The notes below the pieces were generated by a model. That model worked only from the letters and a program-made list of their open reading frames with translations. It searched no databases and was not told the DNA's origin. Both the position numbers and the translations under genes were made by a program. Below, one piece after another: positions 53,660 to 63,023 of a stretch of 64,000 bases of DNA (positions are counted from its first letter, which is position 1; the number at the start of each line of letters is the position of its first letter). Source of the DNA: an uncultured Dehalococcoidales bacterium (GTDB taxonomy: Bacteria; Chloroflexota; UBA6077; FW602-bin22); the NCBI GenBank assembly GCA_964536925.1, contig CAZHZF010000007.1:5237-69236 (forward strand), written 5' to 3'.

Positions 53660-56014
53660 ATGGCCGTATCGAAGATGGTCGGCGCCCGCGTCAAGCGGGT
53701 GGAGGATCCGCGCCTCATCACCGGCGCCGGAACCTACGTCGACGATATCCGCATGGTCGATATGCTCTACGGCGCGGTCGTTCGCAGTCCGATCGCCCAC
53801 GGGCGGATCCGCGGCATCGACACGAAAGCCGCCCGCGAACAACCTGGCGTCGTCGCCGTCTATTCGGCAAAGGACCTGCAGTTCGCGGCGCCCTTGCCGA
53901 ACGCGTGGAACCTGACCGGCATCCGCGTCACCCGGCACGATCCGCTCGCGACCGACCGAGTGCGGATGGTCGGCGATGGCGTCGCCTTCGTCGTCGCGGA
54001 GACCCGCTATGGCGCGCGGGACGCCGCCGATCTGGTCGAGGTCGACTACGCCGAACTGAAGGCGGTCTCGGATCCGGAGCGTGCGCTGCGGAAGGGTGCG
54101 CCGAACGTCTGGGATAACGCGCCCGGCAACGAGGCGTACCGCACCGAGGTCGGCGACCGGGCCGCGGTCGAAGCCGCGTTCGCCAGCGCCTACAAGACCG
54201 TCAGCCTCCGGGTCGTGAACCAGCGTCTGGTCCCCACGCCGATGGAGACGCGCGGCGTCGTCGCGCGGTGGGATCGCGGGATGGAGCAACTCACGGTCTG
54301 GTCCTCAAGCCAGATCCCGCATCTGCTCAAGACAAACATCGCCCTGGTGCTCGGCCTGCCGGAGCAGAAGGTCCGCGTCATCGTCCCTGAGGTCGGGGGC
54401 GGTTTCGGCTGCAAGCTCAACATCTACGCCGAGGAGATCCTCGCCGCGCGCGCGGCGATGCTGCTCAACCGGCCCGTGAAGTGGATCGAGGAGCGGCGCG
54501 AGAGCTTCGCATCCACGATCCACGGTCGCGGCCACGTGCACTACGTCGAGATGGCGCTGAGCCAGGATGGCAAGATCCTGGGCCTTCGCAATCGCTTCAT
54601 CGCCGACCTGGGAGCCTATGCCCAGGTCAACACCGAGGCGATCCCGACGCTGGCCAACCTCGTGCTCTCCGGCGTGTACGACATGGGCGCGATCCACAGC
54701 GAACTCATCGCGGTCTACACCAACCTTCCGCCGACCGATGCCTATCGCGGCGCGGGGCGGCCGGAAGGCGTGCACGCCGTCGAACGGATCATCAATGCCG
54801 CCGCGCACGCACTCAGCATGGACCCCGCGGAGATCCGCCGCCGCAATCTGATCGCGAAGGATCGGTTCCCGTTCACCGCCAAGACCGGAGTGACTTATGA
54901 CTCCGGCGACTACGAACCCAACCTCGATCTGGCGCTCAACGTCTCGAAATACGCCGAACTGCGGGCGGAGCAGGCGCGGGTCAACGCGGGCGGTACCCAT
55001 CTCATGGGCGTCGGCGTGGCCATGTACATCGAACTCTCTGGCTTCAATCCCTCCGGCGCCGGTGGCGGCATCGGCTGGGAGAGCGGCACGGTGCGGTTCG
55101 AGCCGACCGGCAAGGTCACGATCTATACCGGCGTCTCGCCCCACGGCCAGGGGCAGGAGACGACGTTCGCCCAGATCGCCGCCGATGAACTGGGGGTGCC
55201 CTTCGAGGACATCACCGTCCTGCACGGCGATACCCAGATGGTCCAGTACGGGATGGGCACCTACGGCTCCCGCGGCACCGCGGTCGGCGGCGCTGCCCTG
55301 GTGAAGGCGATCGACCGAGTCAAGGAGAAGGCGAAGCGGATCGCCGCGCTTCTCCTCGAGGCCTCGCCCGACGACATCGTGTACGACCAGGGGCGGCTCT
55401 ACGTGGGTGGAGTTCCCGGTCGCGCGGTCACGGTCCAGGAGGTGGCGGGAACCGCTTACCTCCACGTCGACAAACTGAAGAATGAGATCGATCCCGGCCT
55501 GGAGGCGACCGCGACCTTCGACCCGACCAACTTCACCTGGCCGTACGGCACCTACATCGCCGTCGTCATCATCGACCGCGAGACCGGCGAGGTGAAACTC
55601 CGCGATCTCTTCGCGATCGACGATGTCGGCCGCGTCATCTCGCCGCTGCTCGTGGCCGGTCAGGTGCACGGCGGGATCGCCCAGGGGGTCGGCCAGGCGC
55701 TGTTCGAGGGAGCGCAGTACGACGAGAATGGACAGCCTCTGACAGGTTCGCTCATGGACTACGCGCTTCCCATCGCGTCGGAACTGCCGACCTACGTGCT
55801 CGCCGCGACCGAGACGCCCACGCCGGTCAATCCGCTCGGCGCCAAGGGTGTCGGTGAGGCCGGGACGATCGGCGCGACGCCGGCGGTGGCCAACGCTGTC
55901 GTCGATGCCCTGCAGCAGTTCGGCATCGACGAGGTGGAGATGCCCATCACCTCGGAGCGGATATGGCGGGCGCTCCATCCCGCGACTCAGACAAAGAAGG
56001 GAGGCCGGCGATGA
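53660..56014 (+). CDS. CoxL-like molybdopterin-binding large subunit, form II type (AYRGAGR loop)
   Basis: VGARVKRVEDPRLITGAGTYVDD and EVGGGFGCK are present. The active-site loop reads AYRGAGR at residues 361-367 (nt 54740-54760), not the Cys-containing form I CODH loop. Confidence 0.9.
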   Translation: MAVSKMVGARVKRVEDPRLITGAGTYVDDIRMVDMLYGAVVRSPIAHGRIRGIDTKAAREQPGVVAVYSAKDLQFAAPLPNAWNLTGIRVTRHDPLATDRVRMVGDGVAFVVAETRYGARDAADLVEVDYAELKAVSDPERALRKGAPNVWDNAPGNEAYRTEVGDRAAVEAAFASAYKTVSLRVVNQRLVPTPMETRGVVARWDRGMEQLTVWSSSQIPHLLKTNIALVLGLPEQKVRVIVPEVGGGFGCKLNIYAEEILAARAAMLLNRPVKWIEERRESFASTIHGRGHVHYVEMALSQDGKILGLRNRFIADLGAYAQVNTEAIPTLANLVLSGVYDMGAIHSELIAVYTNLPPTDAYRGAGRPEGVHAVERIINAAAHALSMDPAEIRRRNLIAKDRFPFTAKTGVTYDSGDYEPNLDLALNVSKYAELRAEQARVNAGGTHLMGVGVAMYIELSGFNPSGAGGGIGWESGTVRFEPTGKVTIYTGVSPHGQGQETTFAQIAADELGVPFEDITVLHGDTQMVQYGMGTYGSRGTAVGGAALVKAIDRVKEKAKRIAALLLEASPDDIVYDQGRLYVGGVPGRAVTVQEVAGTAYLHVDKLKNEIDPGLEATATFDPTNFTWPYGTYIAVVIIDRETGEVKLRDLFAIDDVGRVISPLLVAGQVHGGIAQGVGQALFEGAQYDENGQPLTGSLMDYALPIASELPTYVLAATETPTPVNPLGAKGVGEAGTIGATPAVANAVVDALQQFGIDEVEMPITSERIWRALHPATQTKKGGRR

Positions 56015-56889
56015 TCCCGGTCGCGTTCGACTATGAAGCCCCGGCGACGGTCGCTGAGGCGCTGAAACTGCTCAGCCGGCTCGGCGATCGAGCGAAGGTC
56101 GTCGCCGGCGGCCACAGCCTGATCCCCACGATGAAACTGCGGCTCGCCCAGCCCGAAGTGCTCATCGACATCAGTCGGATCGACGAACTGCGAAGCATCA
56201 CGTCGGAGGGCGATCGACTGGTCCTGGGCGCCCTGGCGACCCACGCTCAGGTGGCATCGAGCGACCTCGTCCGCAGGCAGGCTCCCCTGCTCGCCGAGGT
56301 GGCGGGGATCATCGGCGACCCGCAGGTCCGCAACCGCGGCACCATTGGAGGATCGCTCGCCCACGCCGATCCGGCGGCGGACTATCCCGCCGCCGCGCTT
56401 GCCCTCGATGTCGAGGTCGTCGCGCGCGGCCCCCGAAGCGAGCGGACCATTCCGATCACCCGGTTCTTCCGCTCGCTGCTCACCACCGCGCTTCGGCCGA
56501 ACGAGTTGATCGTGGCCGTGCGCGTGCCCAGGGCGGCGCGCGGCCAGGGAGGGGCGTACCTGAAACTCGCGAACAAGGCGTCGCACTATGCGGTGGTGGG
56601 TGTCGCGGCTTCGGTGCAGGTCAGCCGGGGGAAGATCTCCGCGATCGCCATCGGTGTGACCGGCGCCGGGAGTACGCCGCGACGCGCCGCCAGGGTCGAG
56701 CGCGCGCTGCTCGGCGAGGTACCGGACGCGGCGACCGTCGAGCGGGCATCGGCCAGCGCCGCGGACGGGCTGGATCTTCTGTCCGATATCCACGGATCGT
56801 CCGAATACCGGGCGCACATCACGCGTGTGTACACCCTCCGGGCGATCGATGCCGCTCTGGGCCGCGCGGGGGTGGCCCGGGCCGCCTGA
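56011..56889 (+). CDS. FAD-binding medium subunit (CoxM-like)
   Basis: ATG 56011 overlaps the large-subunit stop (ATGA). It contains MIPVAFDYEAPATVAEALKLL...VVAGGHSLIPTMKLRL. Confidence 0.9.
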   Translation: MIPVAFDYEAPATVAEALKLLSRLGDRAKVVAGGHSLIPTMKLRLAQPEVLIDISRIDELRSITSEGDRLVLGALATHAQVASSDLVRRQAPLLAEVAGIIGDPQVRNRGTIGGSLAHADPAADYPAAALALDVEVVARGPRSERTIPITRFFRSLLTTALRPNELIVAVRVPRAARGQGGAYLKLANKASHYAVVGVAASVQVSRGKISAIAIGVTGAGSTPRRAARVERALLGEVPDAATVERASASAADGLDLLSDIHGSSEYRAHITRVYTLRAIDAALGRAGVARAA

Positions 56890-56899
56890 CCGAGGATCG

Positions 56900-56930
56900 G
56901 GGATCGTGGCCCTGAGCCGGCCACGATCCC
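56900..56930. terminator. bidirectional terminator-like hairpin (12-bp perfect stem GGGATCGTGGCC/GGCCACGATCCC, 7-nt loop)
   Basis: It sits between the convergent coxM-like stop (56887-56889) and the xdhC-like stop (56930-56932). No clear U-tract on either side. Confidence 0.5.
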
Positions 56931-58126
56931 TAAAGATCTGGCTCTTCGATCGACTCGTTGGCGCGGAGGCGTCGCTGGAATCGGTCGCGCAGCCGATCGG
57001 ACATACGGGGTGCCGGGCCCTCCCGCCGTGTGTTGACGATCTCGGCCATGATCGACACCGCGATCTCCGCCGGCGTCTCCGCGCCGATATCCACACCGAT
57101 GGGCGCGTGCACCCGGCCGAGCAGGTCGGCCGCTACACCCTCATCGTGAAGGAGCTTGAACACCGCCCAGACGCGTCGCTGCGCGCCGATCATCCCGATG
57201 TAGGCCGATGGGCGATGGATCAGATGACGGAGGGCGAACACATCGTGGGCGTGCGCTCTTGTTACCAGGACCAGGTAGGTTCGCGAATCGACAGCGAGTC
57301 GCTGGACCGCCGTCTCGACATCTTCGACGATCACTTCGGCTTCGGGGAACCGCTCGCGGTTCGCAAAGGTCGCCCGATCGTCGATCACGGTGACGCGGAA
57401 GTCGCAGAGATGGGCGATGCGCGCCAGCGGTTGAGCGATGTGCCCCGCGCCGAGGATGACGATGCGAGGTGGTGGCGCGTGTGGCTCCAGGAGGATATCG
57501 ACCGTCGCCGCGTCTGGCTCGGGGCCGAGGGGATAGGTCGCGGTCGTGGGCTCCTCCCTGGCGAGCGCCGCGACCGCGGCGGGCGCGACACGATCGTCCA
57601 GCGCGGTTGAACCAAGCGAGCCGACGCGCTCGCCGTCCCATCGAACGAGCATCTTCGCGCCCACCGGGATCGGGCTTGCCCGGCGCCGCTCGATCACCGT
57701 CGCCAGCGTAACCGGAGTGCTGCTCTCGAGCGCGGGAAGGAGCGCCAGTTCGGCAGCCGCACCGGGGCCGAGCGCCCCGCCGCGCAACAGGCCAGTCTGA
57801 TCCGGCCCCCACGACTCCACGAAGACATCAAGAGTGCCGCCGCACACGCCCTCGGACTTGATGTCGATCTCTTCGGTCAATTCGACGTGGACCATGCGGG
57901 CGCGGCCGTCGGCGATCACATCCAGCGCGGTTCGCCACACCTCCGCCTCACCGCAACCGCCGCCGACCGTGCCGAGCGCCTCGCCCGCGGACCGAATGAT
58001 CATCTTCGCGCCGACTTCCCGTGGCGTGGAACCGCGCGTGCGCGCGATCGTCGCCACCGCGACGCGCTGGCCCTCGGCGGCGACCTCGTCGATCCGACGG
58101 TAGAAGTTGCCGAGATCCTCACTCAT
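56930..58126 (-). CDS. XdhC/CoxI family molybdenum-cofactor insertion accessory protein
   Basis: VAVATIARTRGSTPREVGAKMII...GTVGGGCGEAEV, plus a second Rossmann-like domain (RIVILGAGHIAQPLARIA). Confidence 0.85.
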   Translation of the reverse strand: MSEDLGNFYRRIDEVAAEGQRVAVATIARTRGSTPREVGAKMIIRSAGEALGTVGGGCGEAEVWRTALDVIADGRARMVHVELTEEIDIKSEGVCGGTLDVFVESWGPDQTGLLRGGALGPGAAAELALLPALESSTPVTLATVIERRRASPIPVGAKMLVRWDGERVGSLGSTALDDRVAPAAVAALAREEPTTATYPLGPEPDAATVDILLEPHAPPPRIVILGAGHIAQPLARIAHLCDFRVTVIDDRATFANRERFPEAEVIVEDVETAVQRLAVDSRTYLVLVTRAHAHDVFALRHLIHRPSAYIGMIGAQRRVWAVFKLLHDEGVAADLLGRVHAPIGVDIGAETPAEIAVSIMAEIVNTRREGPAPRMSDRLRDRFQRRLRANESIEEPDL

Positions 58127-58248
58127 GGTCGTCGAGGATACCAGAGCCGTGCGGCAGTGCCGTGCATAACGGCGCCATCGCCGATGCCTCGCGCCCTACT
58201 CCGTGCCCGGCTGTCCACCGGGCGCGACGGCACGCCCGGGCGCGCGGG

Positions 58249-59184
58249 TCACCGCCCGTAGATTGCGAGCCAGTCGCGAACGATCGAGCGGATGTAATTG
58301 TGATCCGCCTCGATGGCGGAGAGCGGGTCGCCGGGTCCAGCGCCCGACTCGATGCTCACCCACCCGTCGAACCCGGCACGGTGCATCGCGCTCACCGCCC
58401 ACCGGTAGTCGATGTCGCCGTCGCGCATCGAGGCGCGCTGGCTCACGTAACGACCGGCTGTCGCATCGTAGTGGCGCGTGCAACTCTTGACGTGCCAGAG
58501 ATTGGTGTGCGCGGCCATGGCCAGCAGGGCATCGCGCCAGTTCTCCGTGGCGTACGGGACGCGGTAGCCGTTCTGCAGATCCGGATTGACTCCCACGTTA
58601 TCCCGGTCGATCAGGTCGAGCAGTTTGAGCGCGAAGATGGAGCGATCGATCATCCCGTCGTCGTGCAGTTCGATGCTCAGTTCGACGTTCGCCTGCGCGG
58701 CACGGTCCGCCAGGCGCTGGAGCTTCTCCGCGGCAAGTCTCCAGTCGTCCTCGGTGTAATCGTCGCCTCTACGGAGGCGGGTCTGCCGGTCGGCTCGCTC
58801 GGCATCGGTCATCTGGGCGGGGAACGGATCCGAGAGCGCGACGTTCAGGTAACGCGCGCCCAGGATGGTTGCGACCTCGACGGCCCGAAGGAGCTTCCGT
58901 TCGTTCGCGGCCGCGTCCGGGTGGCCGACGACGGAGCACCGATAGGGGTTGAGCGCGCAACAGTCGAGATCGAGGCCATCGAGCTGAGCGCGGAACTCGT
59001 GGAGGTCATCGTCCGTCATCGCGTGCCAGTTCATCCAGCTATCCGCGAGGTCGATACCGTCGAATCCGTTGAGGCGCGTCCAGAGCAGGAACGGCGCGCG
59101 CTCGTCCGCGGTGGGCACGTAGGAGAAGATCGGATGGGGATAGTTCCATCCGGTGAGAATGGTCGTCGCGAGTGCGAACTTCAC
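58249..59184 (-). CDS. sugar phosphate isomerase/epimerase (xylose-isomerase-like TIM barrel)
   Basis: The length and pattern of conserved acidic/His positions (ELHDDGMID, NPDLQNGY, VSIESGAG) are typical of AP-endonuclease-2/IolE-like TIM barrels. Confidence 0.75.
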   Translation of the reverse strand: MKFALATTILTGWNYPHPIFSYVPTADERAPFLLWTRLNGFDGIDLADSWMNWHAMTDDDLHEFRAQLDGLDLDCCALNPYRCSVVGHPDAAANERKLLRAVEVATILGARYLNVALSDPFPAQMTDAERADRQTRLRRGDDYTEDDWRLAAEKLQRLADRAAQANVELSIELHDDGMIDRSIFALKLLDLIDRDNVGVNPDLQNGYRVPYATENWRDALLAMAAHTNLWHVKSCTRHYDATAGRYVSQRASMRDGDIDYRWAVSAMHRAGFDGWVSIESGAGPGDPLSAIEADHNYIRSIVRDWLAIYGR

Positions 59185-59297
59185 CTGACCGATGGCTCCG
59201 AACGATGAATGGGGAGGCTATCCTATCACCCGCGCGCGCAGGTTCGACCCCACTGGTCGCATCGGGCGCCGAGTCTTCCCCGGGGAGTGGGCCGCGC

Positions 59298-59933
59298 GTG
59301 CGCATCGTCGATCTGACCCTGCCATTCGACCCGACGAATCCGCGCGTCTCCTTCGCACCGCACCGGGATATCCTGGTCGATGGGTGGCGAATCACCAGGG
59401 TGACCTTCGACACACACGCCGGGACCCATCTCGATGCGCCGAGTCACCAGCTGGTCGACGGCCCGCCCCTGCAGAGCATCGATCTCGCCCGCTGCGTCGG
59501 TCCGGCGTTCGTCTGTGACCTCCGGCACATCTTGCCTCGCGAGACGATCGAGATCGAGGACTTCGCGCCGTGGGAGAGCGCGATCGCGCCCGGTGCGAGA
59601 GTCCTCTACCGCACCGACTGGACCGCGCGCGTCGGCGAGCCAGGCTACCGTGAGAGATTCCCCTGCCCGTCGGTCGCCTGCGCGCGGTGGCTTGCCGACC
59701 GCGGTATCGCTCTGCTCGGCATGGACACCCCCTCAGTCGGACCGGTCTACCGCACGCCCGCGGAAGTGATCGCCGTCCACGAGCCACTCTTGCGCCGTGG
59801 CGTCGTCATCCTGGAGGAGTTGGCTCCGCTCGCCGTCCTGGCTGACGCGCCGTTCCAGATCGTCGCGCTGCCGCTCGCGCTGACCGACCTCGACGGATCG
59901 CCGGTGCGCGCCGTCGCGCTGGTGCAGGACTGA
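59298..59933 (+). CDS. cyclase family protein (kynurenine formamidase-like fold)
   Basis: GTG 59298 gives VRIVDLTLPF and HAGTHLDAPSH (HxGTHxDxPxH metal motif). Confidence 0.8.
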   Translation: MRIVDLTLPFDPTNPRVSFAPHRDILVDGWRITRVTFDTHAGTHLDAPSHQLVDGPPLQSIDLARCVGPAFVCDLRHILPRETIEIEDFAPWESAIAPGARVLYRTDWTARVGEPGYRERFPCPSVACARWLADRGIALLGMDTPSVGPVYRTPAEVIAVHEPLLRRGVVILEELAPLAVLADAPFQIVALPLALTDLDGSPVRAVALVQD

Positions 59934-60826
59934 TGCGGCTCGCGGCATCGGGCGAGGTGTTCCCGCCGCGCATCTCCGCGTTCACCGCCGCGCACGCGGC
60001 GCGCGTGCGGGAACTCGGCTTCACCGGGTGCTTCACCCGGTTCGATCTCGATGATCCCTTCGCGACGACCGAATCGGACGTGCGCCGCGTCCGGGCGATC
60101 CTGGATGACCACGGGCTCGAGATGGTTCAGGCGATCGGGTATCGCCCGCCTCTGATCCATCCGGATGACAGCGTGCGCCAGCAGGGCATCCGTGTGCTTC
60201 GGCGCGCGCTGTGGATCGCGGGAGGCCTGCGCGCGCACTCCTGCCACACCGGCCCGGGGAGTCTGGCGCAGGCCGGCATCACGCGGGCCGACTGGGTGCG
60301 CTCCGGCGCCTGGAACCCGCACCCGGGAAACTGGGATCCCGCCTGCGTCGACCGGCTCGTCGATAGCCTCCGCGCATGTGCCGGCGCCGCCGAGGACAGC
60401 GGCACAAGGATCGGTCTGGAGGGGCACGTCCTCGTGACGCTCGACTCGGCGGAAACGATGCGCGATGTGATCGACGCGGTCGGGTCGCCGGCGGTCGGCT
60501 GCGACCTCGATCCGGTCAACTGGCTGCGCCTGGAATCCGTCTATCGGAGCGGCGAGGCGATCGATCGCATGGTGGACATCCTCGGCCCGCGACGCATCCT
60601 CAACGCGCATTCGAAGGACGTGGTGGTCCAACCGCGCCTCGTGACCCATATCGAGGAGTGCCCGACCGGCCAGGGCATCCTCGATCACGATCGGCTCATC
60701 CTGCGGATGGAGGAGATCGGCCCCGAGCGGTACTTCGTGCTCGAACATGCCGCGGAGGCGGACCTCATCACGGGCCGCGCTTTCCTGCTGGCGCGCGCTG
60801 CCGCGCTGGGCGTACGGGTCTGGTAA
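59933..60826 (+). CDS. sugar phosphate isomerase/epimerase (TIM barrel)
   Basis: The start overlaps the upstream stop. The TIM-barrel pattern includes IGLEGHV and HSKDV. Confidence 0.75.
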   Translation: MRLAASGEVFPPRISAFTAAHAARVRELGFTGCFTRFDLDDPFATTESDVRRVRAILDDHGLEMVQAIGYRPPLIHPDDSVRQQGIRVLRRALWIAGGLRAHSCHTGPGSLAQAGITRADWVRSGAWNPHPGNWDPACVDRLVDSLRACAGAAEDSGTRIGLEGHVLVTLDSAETMRDVIDAVGSPAVGCDLDPVNWLRLESVYRSGEAIDRMVDILGPRRILNAHSKDVVVQPRLVTHIEECPTGQGILDHDRLILRMEEIGPERYFVLEHAAEADLITGRAFLLARAAALGVRVW

Positions 60827-60930
60827 GCGCGCGGCGAGGATCGGGGACCGGCGTCGTCCGGGCTGACGGTGGCTCATCCCGCAGGTGATAGGATGGGCGA
60901 AGGCGCAAACAGACCTGAGAGGAGCGAGAG

Positions 60931-62067
60931 ATGCCAGCCAAATATCGAGTCGCGGTAATCGGCGTCGCCCACATGCACGTCAACGAGTTGATGCGTCGCT
61001 TCGCCGAGCATCCGCAGTGCGAGATGGTCGCGATCGCCGATACCGTTCCCGAGGTCCCCGAGATCAATGTGACGTCGGCGTCGAGCCGCGCGCACACGAT
61101 CAAGACGGCGCTGGGCGAGATCGGCGTGAAGAAGCAGTACGCCGACTGGCGCGAACTGCTCGACAAGGAGCGGCCCAACATCGTCATCAACAACTCCGAG
61201 AACAGCCTCCACGGCGAGATCGTCGAGGCGAGCGCGAATCACGGCGCGCATGTGATGGTCGAGAAGCCGATGGCCGACACGCAGTTCGCGGCGCTCCGTA
61301 TGGTGCGGGCGGCGCGCGCGAACAAGACCGCACTCGCCGTCAACTGGCCTAGCACATGGTCGGGCGCGATGCGGGCGATGAAGCGGTTGCTCGACGAGGG
61401 CGCGATCGGTCGCCTCTGGCAGGTGACCACCCGGTACGGGTCGCTCGGGCCACTGTCCTACGGATCCACACATCCCGGTGTGAAGGCCCCGACCGCGATG
61501 TTCACCGACGATGAGAAGGCCGCCACCTGGTGGCATCGGGCCAACAACGGCGGTGGCGCGCTCCTCGACTACTGCTGCTATGGCGCGAACCTCTCCCGCT
61601 GGTACTTCGGCACCGCGCCGGAGGCCGCGTTCGGGATGAAGATGAACGCGAACAGCCACTTCGGATCGGCGGATGACAACGCCGCCCTCACGGTCCGCTT
61701 CCCGAACGGGATGGCGGTCCTGGTCGCGACCTGGAGCACGGTCGACCACCTGATTCCGACCGGTCCGGTCCTCTACGGCACATCGGGCACGATGCGCACG
61801 GAGGGACGCGCTAACGAGGCGCACGTCCTCCTTGTGCAGGGTAAGGGCGAGCAGCCGAAGGTCGTACCCGGCGACAGGTTTCCGGCCGGTCGCGCCACGC
61901 TGGCGGAGGAGTTCATCCACCACATCGAGACGGGCGAGCCGCTCCACCCGACGATGGACGCGGACTTCAACCTCGAGGCGATGTCGATCCTCGACGCCGG
62001 TATCCGCTCCCACCACAGCGGCAAGATGGAGTCGTGCCGATCGATGCTCTGGGAAGTCGGAGCCTGA
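60931..62067 (+). CDS. Gfo/Idh/MocA family oxidoreductase
   Basis: YRVAVIGVAHMHVNELMRRF, VEKPMA. A GGAG Shine-Dalgarno precedes the ATG. Confidence 0.9.
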   Translation: MPAKYRVAVIGVAHMHVNELMRRFAEHPQCEMVAIADTVPEVPEINVTSASSRAHTIKTALGEIGVKKQYADWRELLDKERPNIVINNSENSLHGEIVEASANHGAHVMVEKPMADTQFAALRMVRAARANKTALAVNWPSTWSGAMRAMKRLLDEGAIGRLWQVTTRYGSLGPLSYGSTHPGVKAPTAMFTDDEKAATWWHRANNGGGALLDYCCYGANLSRWYFGTAPEAAFGMKMNANSHFGSADDNAALTVRFPNGMAVLVATWSTVDHLIPTGPVLYGTSGTMRTEGRANEAHVLLVQGKGEQPKVVPGDRFPAGRATLAEEFIHHIETGEPLHPTMDADFNLEAMSILDAGIRSHHSGKMESCRSMLWEVGA

Positions 62068-62076
62068 ACGCGCGCT

Positions 62077-62106
62077 GCCCGGCGTGCGCGCGAACGCACG
62101 CCGGGC
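62077..62106 (+). terminator. terminator-like hairpin (12-bp perfect stem GCCCGGCGTGCG/CGCACGCCGGGC, 6-nt loop)
   Basis: It begins 10 nt after the stop at 62067. It has no U-tract. The GGAGG Shine-Dalgarno of the next gene follows. Confidence 0.45.
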
Positions 62107-62129
62107 CTCACGCCCCCGGAGGGTGATAG

Positions 62130-63023
62130 GTGGAGTACCGGTTCGAAGATGCCTACCCGCTCTTCCGGCGCCTCGTGCCGATGCTCGACCGTATCGCCAC
62201 CGGCTTCACCTTCACCGAGGGACCTGTCTGGCGTGGTGACGATCTGCTGTTCTCCGACATCCCGAACAGCCGCACGGTGCGGTACCGCGGGCTCCGGGAG
62301 GGACCGGAGATCACCACGTTCCGCGCACCTTCCGGCAACGCCAATGGCCTGACGCTCGATCTCCAGGACGAAGTGCTCGCCTGCGAGCACTCGGGCCGCC
62401 GTGTCTCCCGCATCCGCCGCGATGGTTCGGTGGAGACGGTCGTCGATCGATATCAGGGCAAGCGCCTGAACTCGCCCAACGACGTGGTCGTGCGGACCGA
62501 CGGTGCGATCTTCTTCACCGATCCGCCGTACGGTCTCCCACGCCAGACCGAGGGCAAGGAGCTGCCGTGCAACGGGGTCTACAGGGTCGACCCGGCCGGT
62601 GCGGTGACGCTCCTCGTCGACGACTTCGAGCGCCCGAACGGCCTGGCGTTCTCGCCGGACGAGCGCGTGCTCTACATCGACGACTCGGCGCGCGCGCACA
62701 TCCGCGCTTTCGACGTCTCTTCCGACGGCTCCCTCTCCAACGGGCGGGTCTGGGCGGAGATGAAAGGGGGACCGGGCGAGCGGGGTGTCCCCGACGGCAT
62801 GAAGGTGGACGTCGAGGGGAACGTGTACTGCACCGGCGCCGGCGGGGTCTGGATCTTCGCCGCGAACGGCCGGTACCTGGGTCGCATCCATATGCCCGAG
62901 GTGACTGCCAATCTGGCCTGGGGTGGCGAGGACGATCGGACGCTCTACCTCACCGCGACGACGAGCGTGTATCGCATCCGTCTCGCCGTCCCGGGTATCC
63001 CGGTCGGCTCACGGCGGCGCTGA
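62130..63023 (+). CDS. SMP-30/gluconolactonase/LRE family protein
   Basis: FTEGPVWRGDDLLFSDI, NSPNDVVVRTDGAIFFTDP, PDGMKVDVEGNVY. Confidence 0.9.
   Translation: MEYRFEDAYPLFRRLVPMLDRIATGFTFTEGPVWRGDDLLFSDIPNSRTVRYRGLREGPEITTFRAPSGNANGLTLDLQDEVLACEHSGRRVSRIRRDGSVETVVDRYQGKRLNSPNDVVVRTDGAIFFTDPPYGLPRQTEGKELPCNGVYRVDPAGAVTLLVDDFERPNGLAFSPDERVLYIDDSARAHIRAFDVSSDGSLSNGRVWAEMKGGPGERGVPDGMKVDVEGNVYCTGAGGVWIFAANGRYLGRIHMPEVTANLAWGGEDDRTLYLTATTSVYRIRLAVPGIPVGSRRR

Noticed and set aside
52638-56889. Calling the coxG-S-L-M cluster a bona fide aerobic carbon monoxide dehydrogenase.
   Set aside because: The large-subunit loop reads AYRGAGR (form II type). I did not see the Cys-containing form I signature or the coxD/E/F accessory genes, so only the family-level call is supported.
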